From a virus (lineage: Duplodnaviria > Heunggongvirae > Uroviricota > Caudoviricetes): 18,952 nucleotides of DNA. A model generated the notes under the pieces. The model was not told the DNA's origin. It ran no database searches and saw only the letters and a list, made by a program, of their open reading frames with translations. Both the position numbers and the translations under genes were made by a program. The first letter of the stretch is position 1. Every line of letters starts with the position of its first letter. This document shows positions 1 through 9,061 of this stretch, in pieces. The stretch spans positions 1 to 18,952 of IMG/VR virus record IMGVR_UViG_2563366990_000003; one strand, written 5' to 3'.

Positions 1-102
1 CTGGTACCGTTCGCCCTCCGGGGTGCTTATCACGAAGCCGCACGACTCCGCTGGCGCACACCGCCGGGCATGCACCAGAATCGCTGATTCAGTCTGTGTC
101 AT
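1..102 (-). CDS. K: Tail assembly protein K-like, N-terminal 34 codons only; gene continues past the window start
   Basis: ATG at 102 lies 10 nt downstream of the L stop, in the position lambda K occupies. Translation MTQTESAILVHARRCAPAESCGFVISTPEGERYQ contains an ESCGF motif I recall from K-family proteins. Frame is open to position 1. Confidence 0.65.
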   Translation of the reverse strand, partial: MTQTESAILVHARRCAPAESCGFVISTPEGERYQ

Positions 103-112
103 AAAACGGGAT

Positions 113-811
113 TTACTGCGAAAGTTTATTGATGGAAAGGAAACCGCCAAAATTGGCCGCCATGCCGCGCATCTCACACCCGCGCATGCATTTACTGCAT
201 CTGTCCTTCCGGATATCCGTGGTGGGGTTGTCGAACTCATCCGCCACTGCCGGACCGTTATACCCGCACTCATCGCCCCGGTAATCCCACATACAGGTGT
301 TCGCCAGCATGATGCGACCGGGAAACAGCGCCCCGTCCGTCTCCGTCGGTGTCGCCAGCACAAACGAGGCCGTCATGGCCGTCAGCGATGACATCTGCTC
401 CACCACCCACCGGTCCGTCAGCTCCTGCTCCGGGTCTGCCTCAGGATTGCCTGCCACAAAATTCACCGCATCCAGAAAACGCGCATACACCCGGCGACGG
501 ACCACCGTGGCACCCACCAGGCTCTGCAAATCCTCCGCCATCCCGGTGACCAGGCCGAAAAGATTGGAGACCGTCAGCGACGGGCGGGCACTGCTGCCCT
601 TTCCGTTCATCTCAAAGCCGCTGCCCTCAATCGGGTACGCCTCATACTTCCGCCCCTGCCAGGTCACCGGCTCCCCTTTTTCATTCAGCTCATTGCAGAA
701 AAAATACCGCTCACCGCCCTGCACCGTCAGGTCGATTTCCCAGAGCACCACCCGCGGTGACTGCTCTGACTTAACCGACTCGTTCAGGCTTTCTTCGTGA
801 ATATCCTGCAT
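113..811 (-). CDS. L: Minor tail protein L
   Basis: 232-aa ORF, ATG start confirmed. Colinear by eye with lambda gpL (MQDI...VVLWEIDLT...GERYFFCNE...GFLSINKLSQ). Start overlaps the M stop (ATGA-type coupling). Sits in the lambda M-L-K order. Confidence 0.95.
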   Translation of the reverse strand: MQDIHEESLNESVKSEQSPRVVLWEIDLTVQGGERYFFCNELNEKGEPVTWQGRKYEAYPIEGSGFEMNGKGSSARPSLTVSNLFGLVTGMAEDLQSLVGATVVRRRVYARFLDAVNFVAGNPEADPEQELTDRWVVEQMSSLTAMTASFVLATPTETDGALFPGRIMLANTCMWDYRGDECGYNGPAVADEFDNPTTDIRKDRCSKCMRGCEMRGMAANFGGFLSINKLSQ

Positions 812-1140
812 CAGTTCACCACCTGCTTAAACTCCGCGCTGAACTCAACGCGCAACATCCCGACCCGCGCAGACCACCCGGCGCAGGTCACCTTTATCTG
901 CCGGTATGCATAGGGTGGCTTCCACAAAAATGCCTTCCAGCCCCCGTGCTCTGCCAGAAACGCTTCCAGATGCCGGGCCTCCTCCCGGGTCACGGAAAGC
1001 GTCACCCGGTATGTTTTCAGGTCAGCATTCAGCCCTGCCGCCATACGCTGTGAGTACCCGTCACCAAAACGCACTTCACGCACCGACGGCTGCGAGTTCA
1101 CCTCCATATCCGGCTTCACTTTCCAGCGAAAGGTTTTCAT
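811..1140 (-). CDS. M: Minor tail protein M
   Basis: 109-aa ORF, the same length as lambda gpM, with recognisable similarity (MKTFRWKVKPDM...). ATG start overlaps the H stop. Confidence 0.93.
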   Translation of the reverse strand: MKTFRWKVKPDMEVNSQPSVREVRFGDGYSQRMAAGLNADLKTYRVTLSVTREEARHLEAFLAEHGGWKAFLWKPPYAYRQIKVTCAGWSARVGMLRVEFSAEFKQVVN

Positions 1141-3782
1141 CGCCCGCTCCCTGATAACATACCGCCATCACGCAACTGCAGCCGGAGTTCATCCTGCGCC
1201 CCCTTACGGGCCATGTCATACACCGCCTTCATCAGCTGCGGCCCCGCCTGTCCGTTTATACCGTCGTTCTGAATCACCACGTGATTGTTCTGATTAAAAT
1301 TAATACCTTCCGCCCGCCGCATCTGCGCCGGACTTCCGGCACCACCCACATAACCACCTTCCGCATAGCCGCGCATCAGACGGTAAAGATTCCCCACACC
1401 TATCCGGCTGGTTGCCTCTTTCGTGAAAACAAACTCCCCGCGGTGAACTATCCCCGCAGGCTCATATTTGCCGCCCGTCCCCGTAAATCCTCCGGTCGCG
1501 AAATGGAAGTTCGCCGCCGCAGCCTCAATGGCCGTCCCCGAGGAAGCAGATGCACCACCACCGAAAGCACCACCAATGGCGCTGCCGATACGCCCGACAA
1601 TTCCCACCATGGCCTGTTTAAGCAGGATTTCTGTCATCATGGACAGCACCGAACGGGTGAATCCCCGCCAGTCTGCCTCTGCACCGGTCAGCATCGCCGC
1701 CATATTCTGTGCAATACCATCAAAGGTCTGCGTGGCCGCACTTTTAACCTGCGAAAAACTGTCCGTCGCACTTTCCGCCCACTCCCCCCAGCCGGACTTC
1801 AGCCCGGCCAGCCAGTCACCGCGCAGCATGTCTTCATCCGCCCATGTCTGTTTCAGTGCCCCGGTGACCTGTGCCAGCGCCTGCGGATTATCGCCGTACA
1901 CGTCACGAAGACGCTGCTCTTCAGACTCCCGCTGTGCCTGACGGTCGGTGAGACCACGGGCTTTTGCGCTGATGGCGGCCTGCTTCGCGCTCTGCTGCTC
2001 TTCAAACCGCACCGCCTGCTGTGCCAGCTCATTCAGGCGTTTCTGGTATTCAACCTTGTCGCCCAGCTCAGCCAGCTGGCGTTTGTACTCCAGCGTCTCG
2101 TCTTTATGCGCCAGCAGGGATTTTTCCTGCCCGGATAACTGTCGTTTCGTGGCAGCCTCTTTCAGGACCGCATACTGACTTTCCGCCTTCCATAAATCAC
2201 GGCGCTGCCGACTGATTTTCTCATTCGCACCGCTGTGTTTTTCCAGCGTCCTGAGCTCAGCTTCAAGGGCAAGCAGAGCCTCTCTTGCCTGCTCCTCTTC
2301 CCTCTCCCCGGCAGAGCGCGTTTTCGGTGATGTATGCTTTTTACCTGTCAGCTCTTCAGCCAGACGGCTGACGGCTTCCTGCTGCCCCGGACCTTTGCTG
2401 ACGCCTGTTGCACGCGAACGGTTGATGTACCCCATTTCCCCCTGGCGTATACGCACATCCCGTTCCGCAATGGATTTTCTCAGCGCCAGTTCATCGCGTT
2501 TTGTTTTCTCAATAAATACGCGGTTCTCTTCTGCCAGTTCACCAAACAACGCACCAACGCCGGGCACATTCTTTGTCGTTTCCCAGGCTGACTGAATAAA
2601 TTCAGCCAGCGCCAGATCCCCCTGCACAAGCAGCAGCTTCACCTGTTCAACGGTTCCTGCCACCACGTCAGTGATCAGACTGAGTGCCCCCAGTGTATGA
2701 TCACCTATCCATGCCCATGCGTCAGAAGTCCAGGTTTTAACATCGTCCCAGATTTTTTCCACCGGCGTGGCCGCTTTATCAAGTTGCTCCAGACGTGCAT
2801 TCATGACATCCGCAAACAGGGACATCGCCTCCGTCACCGCAGCCTGTTTACCTTTCGTGCGCTCAAGCTCATCAATATGGCGTAACTGGGAAACGCTCAG
2901 GAAGTTATACTGCTGATTCAGGGAGGCCAGCGCCTTCACCGGATCTGCTGCAATCCCTTCAAAGGCTTTTTCCACCTTCCCGGCATCGTCCCCCACCGTC
3001 TGCAGCCATCTCTGAGAGGTTTCCCCCATGATCCGTAGCTGCCCGGCGGTATATTTCCCGCTTTCTGCCAGACGGGCCAGATTTTCTGCCGCCTGTCTGA
3101 TACCACCACCGGCTTCATCGCTGATCACCCCGGCCATTTTCCACAATTCTGCCGTTGTGGTGGCAGCCGCCCCTCCGGTCAGGGTCAGTGAACGCAATAA
3201 GGCCCGGTCAGCCTGCTCTGCCTGCCAGGCGGCAGCAGCAAGCGCGGCCAGTACGGCAACCCCGCCACCTGCCGCCACACGGGCCACCGACATAAATCGT
3301 CCCAGTTCACCGGCATTCCGGGCATTTTCAGCCAGTGCATTTGCCGTATCTGACAGCGAATCCTCTGATGATTCAGAGGCATCCCTGATCCCGAGAAGTT
3401 CCTCCTTCAGCAGGGTAAGCAGGCTGAGCGGTCCACCGAATGAATCGCTGATCTGCCCCCCCTGCTGCAGCATGATAAGGAAGGGATTCTGACCACCGGC
3501 AAGCTGAGTGACAATATCCGTGAACTGTGCGGGCAGTGTGCGCATGGCAGCCTTATACTGTCCGACTGATATCCCGGCTTTTTGTGCAGCCAGCGCCTGT
3601 CGGCTCAGACTCTGCTCAGCAGCATCAGCCTGTTTTCTGAAAGACTGACTGACTTTCCCGGACATCAAATCAGCAAGCGCACTGGTTTCACCCAGCTCTT
3701 TTTTTACCCGCGCTGCCTCTTCAGAAAAACGGGCAGAATCCAGTGTCAGCACGGCTGTCAGATCGGCAAAATTACCTGCCAT
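1137..3782 (-). CDS. H: Tail tape measure protein (lambda H-like)
   Basis: Long Ala/Gln-rich ORF with a segment matching lambda gpH (SLSRQALAAQKAGISVGQYKAAMR.LPAQFTD..TQLAGGQ). The ORF-track start at 3791 is a GTG; I place the start at the in-frame ATG at 3782, which has AGGAGG 8 nt upstream. Position between T and M fits. Confidence 0.93.
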   Translation of the reverse strand: MAGNFADLTAVLTLDSARFSEEAARVKKELGETSALADLMSGKVSQSFRKQADAAEQSLSRQALAAQKAGISVGQYKAAMRTLPAQFTDIVTQLAGGQNPFLIMLQQGGQISDSFGGPLSLLTLLKEELLGIRDASESSEDSLSDTANALAENARNAGELGRFMSVARVAAGGGVAVLAALAAAAWQAEQADRALLRSLTLTGGAAATTTAELWKMAGVISDEAGGGIRQAAENLARLAESGKYTAGQLRIMGETSQRWLQTVGDDAGKVEKAFEGIAADPVKALASLNQQYNFLSVSQLRHIDELERTKGKQAAVTEAMSLFADVMNARLEQLDKAATPVEKIWDDVKTWTSDAWAWIGDHTLGALSLITDVVAGTVEQVKLLLVQGDLALAEFIQSAWETTKNVPGVGALFGELAEENRVFIEKTKRDELALRKSIAERDVRIRQGEMGYINRSRATGVSKGPGQQEAVSRLAEELTGKKHTSPKTRSAGEREEEQAREALLALEAELRTLEKHSGANEKISRQRRDLWKAESQYAVLKEAATKRQLSGQEKSLLAHKDETLEYKRQLAELGDKVEYQKRLNELAQQAVRFEEQQSAKQAAISAKARGLTDRQAQRESEEQRLRDVYGDNPQALAQVTGALKQTWADEDMLRGDWLAGLKSGWGEWAESATDSFSQVKSAATQTFDGIAQNMAAMLTGAEADWRGFTRSVLSMMTEILLKQAMVGIVGRIGSAIGGAFGGGASASSGTAIEAAAANFHFATGGFTGTGGKYEPAGIVHRGEFVFTKEATSRIGVGNLYRLMRGYAEGGYVGGAGSPAQMRRAEGINFNQNNHVVIQNDGINGQAGPQLMKAVYDMARKGAQDELRLQLRDGGMLSGSGR

Positions 3783-3825
3783 CGTGGTCACCTCCTGAAA
3801 TGTCCTCTGATGCCATCAATAACTG

Positions 3826-4583
3826 TCACAACCTCCTTCCCTCCTCCCCGAAACGGACTCCACCGGCGAGGCCCGCCGCCTTCTGCATCAGTACATCATT
3901 TTCGTCCGGCGTCTCCGCCTGCCCTTCCTCTGCCTCCGGAGCGAACAGGCTGAAATCCGCCGGATGCATATCCGGATCGCAAAAAAACAGGCTGAGTACG
4001 GCGTACGTCAGCCCGGAAAAATGCATATCCAGCTGGGTATCCTGAAAATAATGCGTGCAGTAAAAACGTCGCCAGTCGGCATATTCGGTGGATGTCATCC
4101 CGGCAAGCATGGCGCGCCAGTCGGCTCTCCCCATCTCACGCGCCAGTTTCAGGACAAAGTTCAGCTCGCCTTCGAATGCTTTTTTGATGTTACCGGCTCA
4201 GTCGCTTCTGCTTTCCCGGTTGGTTCAGGATCGGCATCGTGCCGGTTATCCAGCATACCTGAAAGATAAAGCACCCGGTTCGTTGCCTGATTCAGTGCAT
4301 CAGCAGGCCATCCCAGCATCACTTCACGGCGGATCTGCTGCATCTCTGTCTCCGGAGATGCCAGAGTGCCTTTGAGGGAATGGGAATGCCATAGCGACAT
4401 CGCCACAAGCAGGGATGCCGTTTCCAGATATCGCTGGTTAATGTGCACGGCATCATGCTCCGTTGTCTCCTGTTGTGCTGCGTCTGAAACAAACTTCATA
4501 TAATCAAACCGCTGCAGCGCAGACAGCTCCGACAGCGTGACGGACACCCCGTTATATTCAAATTGTTCTGTTTTCAGGAACAT
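3826..4583 (-). CDS. Tail assembly chaperone G-T fusion, made by a programmed -1 ribosomal frameshift at 4179-4185
   Basis: The -1 frame relative to G is closed by TGA at 4198-4200 and open from 4197 down to a stop at 3826-3828. The only slippery heptamer in the G/T overlap is A_AAA_AAG. Predicted product is G residues 1-135 followed by about 117 T-frame residues. Lambda makes G-T the same way at the equivalent position. Confidence 0.8.
4161..4583 (-). CDS. G: Tail assembly chaperone G (zero-frame product)
   Basis: Internal ATG at 4583 with GGAGGAG RBS. The 140-aa product begins MFLKTEQFEYNGVSVTLSELSALQR, close to the lambda gpG N-terminus and the same length. The ORF-track start at 4697 lacks this support. 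Confidence 0.9.
   Translation of the reverse strand: MFLKTEQFEYNGVSVTLSELSALQRFDYMKFVSDAAQQETTEHDAVHINQRYLETASLLVAMSLWHSHSLKGTLASPETEMQQIRREVMLGWPADALNQATNRVLYLSGMLDNRHDADPEPTGKAEATEPVTSKKHSKAS
4179..4185 (-). promoter_or_regulatory. Slippery heptamer A_AAA_AAG for the G to G-T -1 frameshift
   Basis: Read directly: minus-strand TCA AAA AAG in the G frame, 6 codons before the G stop. It is the only X_XXY_YYZ site inside the window where both frames are open. Confidence 0.75.
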
Positions 4584-4599
4584 GCTTGATCTCCTCCCC

Positions 4600-5349
4600 T
4601 CAGCCCGCAGCGCCATCCGTGACGGTGATCTCCGCCACCGCCGCAAACTCACCGTTGCCGGTGACAACAGGGATCTGCGCTTTACCTGCCGCAACACCTT
4701 TCACGATGATCGTGTTCCCTTTCACGGTAATGGTGGCGAAATTCTGATTCGCTGAGGTTGCGCGGAACGTTTTATCCGTTGCGCCTTCCGGCTGAACGGC
4801 CACGGTCAGGGTGATATTCTGACCTTTTGCCACATTCCCCGTTAGTGGCGTCACGGTAATACCGGTGACCGGTGTGATTTCTCCCCGATCCTCAGCCAGC
4901 GACGGACGACCGATATTGGTGATTTTCACAGTGCGGGTGATCACTTCTTTGGCGGTCACGGATTTACCAATGGCGCTCACCCAGCCACGGAACACATCCA
5001 CCGTGCCGTTCGGGAAGCGGATTTTGTAGGCCCGGGTCTCGCTGCTGTCAAACCAGGCAATCAAATCACGCTGCCCTTTCTCGCCGGGCTTCCAGGCCAG
5101 CGTAAAACTGGTGTCACCGGCAGATTTCTGCCCCTGCCCGGTGGATACCCAGTCAGCATCCTCATCATCCAGATAGTTATCGTCGTAGGATTCCGCCGTC
5201 ATCTCGCCGGGGGTCAGATCCTTTATTTTTGCCAGGCGCGTCCAGTCATCATCTGACAGCGGGTTTGCCCAGGCATCGCCATTTCCGGTATAAACCCAGA
5301 GCGTGGTGCCGGAACCTTTTACCGGCGCAAGGGGATTAGGGAGCGTCAT
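4600..5349 (-). CDS. V: Major tail protein V, with C-terminal Ig-like domain
   Basis: 249-aa ORF with extensive similarity to lambda gpV along its length ([45 protein letters not shown]...[14 protein letters not shown]). ATG start. Confidence 0.95.
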   Translation of the reverse strand: MTLPNPLAPVKGSGTTLWVYTGNGDAWANPLSDDDWTRLAKIKDLTPGEMTAESYDDNYLDDEDADWVSTGQGQKSAGDTSFTLAWKPGEKGQRDLIAWFDSSETRAYKIRFPNGTVDVFRGWVSAIGKSVTAKEVITRTVKITNIGRPSLAEDRGEITPVTGITVTPLTGNVAKGQNITLTVAVQPEGATDKTFRATSANQNFATITVKGNTIIVKGVAAGKAQIPVVTGNGEFAAVAEITVTDGAAG

Positions 5350-5356
5350 AACGTCC

Positions 5357-5755
5357 TCACATCTGGTAAGTAATATTCCACTGGAGATCAGCCGATCCCC
5401 ACATCATATATTCGTCATCCCGGCGATAGTCATACCCCTGAAGATTCATCTTCAGCAGTAATGCACTTAGCCCGGGAACCGCCTCCAGCGCCGGAAGTAT
5501 TTTTTCTTCCATCCACATATCCAGCACGGAGTCCGTCTCTTTCGCCCTGAGAAACACCTCAATATGAAGCACGGCCTCCCAGGTCCCCTCGTCAACAAAC
5601 TCCTCCGTCGCAGAAGCATCTGTCAGATAAACCGCCACCGCAGGCAGTTCCTGTTCATCAATAAATACCGGGCGGCCGTCAAACCAGTTCACCCGCTCAG
5701 AAATATTTTCTTTCAGGGCAGACAGAACTGCCGCCCGTATTTCACGGTGTTTCAT
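5357..5755 (-). CDS. U: Tail terminator protein U
   Basis: 132-aa ORF similar to lambda gpU (MKH.E.RAAVL.AL...GYDYRRDD). Correct position between Z and V. Confidence 0.9.
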   Translation of the reverse strand: MKHREIRAAVLSALKENISERVNWFDGRPVFIDEQELPAVAVYLTDASATEEFVDEGTWEAVLHIEVFLRAKETDSVLDMWMEEKILPALEAVPGLSALLLKMNLQGYDYRRDDEYMMWGSADLQWNITYQM

Positions 5756-5767
5756 ACACCCTCCCTG

Positions 5768-6397
5768 TCATTTTCGTTTCAGCACCAGGCGTAACTGATG
5801 CGCCATGGCCGTCATCATCTGCGCCGGTAATTTTTCCCGGTACATCCGGTCCCGTTCACGTTCAAAGGTTTCTGCCAGCGGTCCGGCAGTCGGAATCTTC
5901 ACCACTTCGATCGGCAGACGGTGGCGTTTCGGCCTCCCTTTGCTGTCCGCGCCGCTGGACGATGGTGCCCACGGCATACGCTGCATCACATGCCAGCGTC
6001 CGTTAGCCAGCCGGGTGATAAAGGCGTCCGGGATCCGTCTTTTCCCCACAATCAGCACACTGCCGCCCCCTTTCAGGGCCGCACGCTGTCCTTTCTTTCT
6101 CCGTTTTCTGCGGGAAAGTCGAACGCGGGCCTCCCCCAGTTTGATGGCGGGCAGGTTGCCGGTATTGATGTAAACCTTTGCGTAAACCTTATCCGGTCGT
6201 GCCGGACTTAACCGGATGCGGGCACGGATAAGACGACGGGGAACGGCCAGCTCCCTGGCAACTGAAGAGGCCGTTTTCGCAATAATGGCCCCCGCCACGC
6301 GGTTCAGTGTCGTGGCAGAGGCCCGGGGAACGGCACGGCGGTCAATTGCATCCAGATTTTTCATGGCCTGCGCCAGACCTTTTATTGCCATACTCAT
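5768..6397 (-). CDS. Z: Tail completion protein Z
   Basis: Similarity to lambda gpZ (MAIKGL.QA..NL...RRKRRKKGQR...KGGGSVL.VG.RRIP.AFI..L.NGRWHVMQR). Start could be ATG at 6397 or the second Met at 6391. Confidence 0.9.
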   Translation of the reverse strand: MSMAIKGLAQAMKNLDAIDRRAVPRASATTLNRVAGAIIAKTASSVARELAVPRRLIRARIRLSPARPDKVYAKVYINTGNLPAIKLGEARVRLSRRKRRKKGQRAALKGGGSVLIVGKRRIPDAFITRLANGRWHVMQRMPWAPSSSGADSKGRPKRHRLPIEVVKIPTAGPLAETFERERDRMYREKLPAQMMTAMAHQLRLVLKRK

Positions 6398-6675
6398 TCC
6401 TGTTCGACAAAAATCCGGGGTTTACCGTTGTACGTGTCATAACGGGTCACCGTCAGTGTGCGCCCCGCAAACACAACAACATCATGACGGGCCGGACGGT
6501 ACCGGGCTGAAAACACCACCAGTGACAACTGGCTGCCCGAAAGCGCCCCCATCTCCGCGGACTCTTCCTCCGGCATCACGTCATACACTACGCCGTTAAT
6601 CTCCGCCTGTTTGCCCATCACCCGAACGGTCGCCCCGTCCATCCGGCAACACATTCGCGTAAACAGATCAGACAT
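6394..6675 (-). CDS. Head-tail joining protein, FII-like
   Basis: 93-aa ORF in the position of lambda FII, immediately upstream of Z, with weak by-eye resemblance to gpFII. Start is uncertain: ATG at 6675 overlaps the upstream gene by 8 nt and three further in-frame Met codons follow. Confidence 0.55.
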   Translation of the reverse strand: MSDLFTRMCCRMDGATVRVMGKQAEINGVVYDVMPEEESAEMGALSGSQLSLVVFSARYRPARHDVVVFAGRTLTVTRYDTYNGKPRIFVEQE

Positions 6676-6994
6676 TGATTTTTACCGCCACAGTGGCGCT
6701 GTTTGCAGGAGCATTTTCCCAGGCTACCCCCGCAGCCACCGCACCGTCTGCAGCCAGCTGCACAACCCCGTCCTTCAGATAAACCACCGCGCCGGACTGA
6801 ATATCGTCAGCAGACTGTTTGGGCAGCAGGAACACGCCTTCGGCAAAACCGTCACCGGCATCACCGGCAGGAATATCGGTAATGGCCACTGCCACCATAC
6901 TGCCGACCACCACCGCAGCACCGCTCAGGATGGTCTGATCTCCGGCATTCACCAGTTCAATGGTGGTGCCGTCCTGTACAAAATTTTTCGCCAT
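6668..6994 (-). CDS. Small Ala/Gly/Val-rich head protein (DUF2190-like; possible decoration or cement protein)
   Basis: 108-aa ORF directly downstream of the major capsid gene, with GGAGAAA RBS and ATG at 6994. Composition and position resemble the small head proteins that follow HK97-type capsid genes. The family assignment is from memory and the function is not established. Confidence 0.5.
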   Translation of the reverse strand: MAKNFVQDGTTIELVNAGDQTILSGAAVVVGSMVAVAITDIPAGDAGDGFAEGVFLLPKQSADDIQSGAVVYLKDGVVQLAADGAVAAGVAWENAPANSATVAVKINV

Positions 6995-7010
6995 AATGCT
7001 GTTTCTCCGG

Positions 7011-7060
7011 ACAGCCCCTGTGGGGCTGTTTTTCAGGCATAAAAAAAGCCCTTTCGGGCA
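7011..7060. terminator. Paired stem-loops between the capsid gene and the next head gene
   Basis: Read directly. 7047-7058 forms GCCC-GAAA-GGGC followed by 7 T on the minus (sense) strand, 22 nt after the capsid stop. 7011-7029 forms an 8-bp stem (ACAGCCCC/GGGGCTGT) followed by T5 on the plus strand. Confidence 0.4.
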
Positions 7061-7081
7061 GTGATTGTGATAACGCGGTTA

Positions 7082-9061
7082 TCAGGCCACCGACGAACGC
7101 ACCAGACCGCGCCAGTCAAGTGGTGCCACACCGGCATCAATACGAATTTTTGTGGCAATGCCGTCAGTGGTGAAACCTTCCTGCTGATCAATGTATGGCG
7201 TGTCCACACCATCCAGCCAGGCCACTTCAATGGTGTCAGTGCCCTGTGCCGCCGCCAGATACCAGGTTTTCGGATCTGCCGCATCAAGACGCGCTTCCGC
7301 AATCACCTCAGCAAAGTTCTGGATGGGGTTAATGACACCGGCGTTTGCATCCGCCCCTTTCACACTGGCCGATTTGATGGTCTGGTTCGCCACCGTCTCC
7401 AGTGCCACCGGTACCAGCATAAAGGCCGGACGGATATTCAGGGCGCGCTCGCCTTCTTTCTGCAGGCGCATCATCTGACGGGCCGCATCCAGTCCGGAAA
7501 CGGAGATCCCGCCGGTGGCAATATTTTTGTGATCGGCATGGAACAGCGCCTTACCGTCGGACAGTTTCGGGTTATCCGTCAGCACCTTGTAAACCAGGTC
7601 ACCAATCGTTGCCTTCGCCGCACGCCCCATCTTCATCGGCACGTCCACCAGCATATTCAGATCATCATTGATAATGGCCTGGCGGGTGATGGAGAAAATC
7701 TCCCCGTAGGTGGCCAGAGCAATGGTCTCCTTGCGATCTGAGGTGGTGATGTATTTATACTCCGCCCCCTCACGAACCTGACGCAAAGAACCAAAACCGC
7801 CCATCCCCACGCGATACGCTGTTTTGAAGTCTGACAGGCGTCCCTTACGGGTCCACTTCTGGAAGGTTTCTTCTGATTCCTCCCAGCCCTGGATCAGCCC
7901 CTTGTTCGACACATCCAGCAGGATATTGCCAAAATCAGAGGTGCTGTGCGTAAGCGCCAGCCCGACCATCTGCATGGGGTTATAACTGGCCACCCCAATA
8001 CCGCGCTCCGTCAGTGACATACGAGCCCATTCACGCAGGGTCATCCCGTTATAGGCGTTATCCTTCTCGACATTTTCAAATCCGGCACGGGCCAGCATCG
8101 CCTGGCGGATCCCGTCTCCCACAAAATTGCCGTTTCCGGCATAAATATGGGCCGGTGTGTTTTTGTTGGTCGGCGAGGACTCCTTGCCCATTTCATTCAG
8201 CAGACGTTCACGGGCCATTTCCAGCGAACAGTCAGGATCAGCCACGCACTGTGCCTGAAGCGTCTGATAGCGACCGCCGAACATGGCAAACAGATCGTTA
8301 ATGCCTGACATGCGTGCTTTCTGCTCAGCCATAACGCGGGCGCGAATGGTCGCCTCATCAGACACTGCCGGTACCGGTGATGGTTCTGTTACCGCCGGTG
8401 CAGGGATTGTCACTGTGGTATCACGCGGGGCACTGTTGCGTGGTGGAGTAATCATGTTTCGGATGGATTCCGGCATCTTTTTAAATTCCTCTGTACGTTT
8501 TGACTGAATACATGCCATTGCCTCAACAGCGGGTGTCACCTGGTCAGCAAATCCGTGTGCCAGACATTCGGCACCGGACATCCAGGTTTCATCCGCCAGC
8601 ATGGCGGCAATTTCATCGGTGGTTTTTCCGGTTTTCTGCGCATAGGCTGGCAACAGTACCGATTCGACTTTATCCAGCAAATCAGCATAACTGCGCATAT
8701 CCTCAGCATCCCCGCCACTGAATCCCCATGGCTTATGGATCATCATGAAGGCATTTTCCGGCATAATGACCGTATCACCGGCCATCGCAATCACAGATGC
8801 CATCGAGGCGGCAACGCCATCCACATACACGGTAATGGTCGCCCCCTGATTTTTCAGGGCATTAAAAATGGCGATGCCTTCAAAGACATCGCCACCCGGT
8901 GAGTTGATGTGGAGATTAATGTGGGTGATATCACCCAGAGCATTCAGTTCGCTGACAAACTGCTTCGCGGTAACTCCCCAGAAACCAATCTCGTCATAAA
9001 TATAAATATCCGCGTCACCCGGCCCCCCAGCCTGCATCCTGAACCAGGATTTATTCTTCAT
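7082..9061 (-). CDS. Fused prohead protease (S49/ClpP-like) - scaffold-like linker - HK97-fold major capsid polyprotein
   Basis: About 659 aa from ATG 9061. The N-terminal part has the serine-protease-like region (HINSPGGDVFEGIAIFNAL...MASVIAMAGD). The middle is a charged helical segment. The C-terminal roughly 320 aa looks like an HK97-type capsid protein. The ORF-track GTG at 9253 would overlap the portal by 200 nt, so I prefer 9061, which overlaps the portal stop by 11 nt. Confidence 0.85.
   Translation of the reverse strand: MKNKSWFRMQAGGPGDADIYIYDEIGFWGVTAKQFVSELNALGDITHINLHINSPGGDVFEGIAIFNALKNQGATITVYVDGVAASMASVIAMAGDTVIMPENAFMMIHKPWGFSGGDAEDMRSYADLLDKVESVLLPAYAQKTGKTTDEIAAMLADETWMSGAECLAHGFADQVTPAVEAMACIQSKRTEEFKKMPESIRNMITPPRNSAPRDTTVTIPAPAVTEPSPVPAVSDEATIRARVMAEQKARMSGINDLFAMFGGRYQTLQAQCVADPDCSLEMARERLLNEMGKESSPTNKNTPAHIYAGNGNFVGDGIRQAMLARAGFENVEKDNAYNGMTLREWARMSLTERGIGVASYNPMQMVGLALTHSTSDFGNILLDVSNKGLIQGWEESEETFQKWTRKGRLSDFKTAYRVGMGGFGSLRQVREGAEYKYITTSDRKETIALATYGEIFSITRQAIINDDLNMLVDVPMKMGRAAKATIGDLVYKVLTDNPKLSDGKALFHADHKNIATGGISVSGLDAARQMMRLQKEGERALNIRPAFMLVPVALETVANQTIKSASVKGADANAGVINPIQNFAEVIAEARLDAADPKTWYLAAAQGTDTIEVAWLDGVDTPYIDQQEGFTTDGIATKIRIDAGVAPLDWRGLVRSSVA

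Noticed and set aside
1281-2138. Plus-strand ORFs through the structural region (for example 1281-2138, 1468-1941, 3028-3492, 7061-7741, 8555-8902, 10963-11535)
   Set aside because: All lie antisense to well-supported minus-strand phage genes, have low-complexity Arg/Pro/Ser/Cys-rich translations, and lack RBS-start context. They are typical shadow ORFs of GC-rich coding DNA.
4211-4217. Lambda-type GGGAAAG heptamer as the G-T frameshift site
   Set aside because: In the G frame it is phased GGG|AAA|G rather than G|GGA|AAG, and the -1 frame downstream of it hits TGA at 4198-4200. The functional site must be the A_AAA_AAG at 4179-4185.
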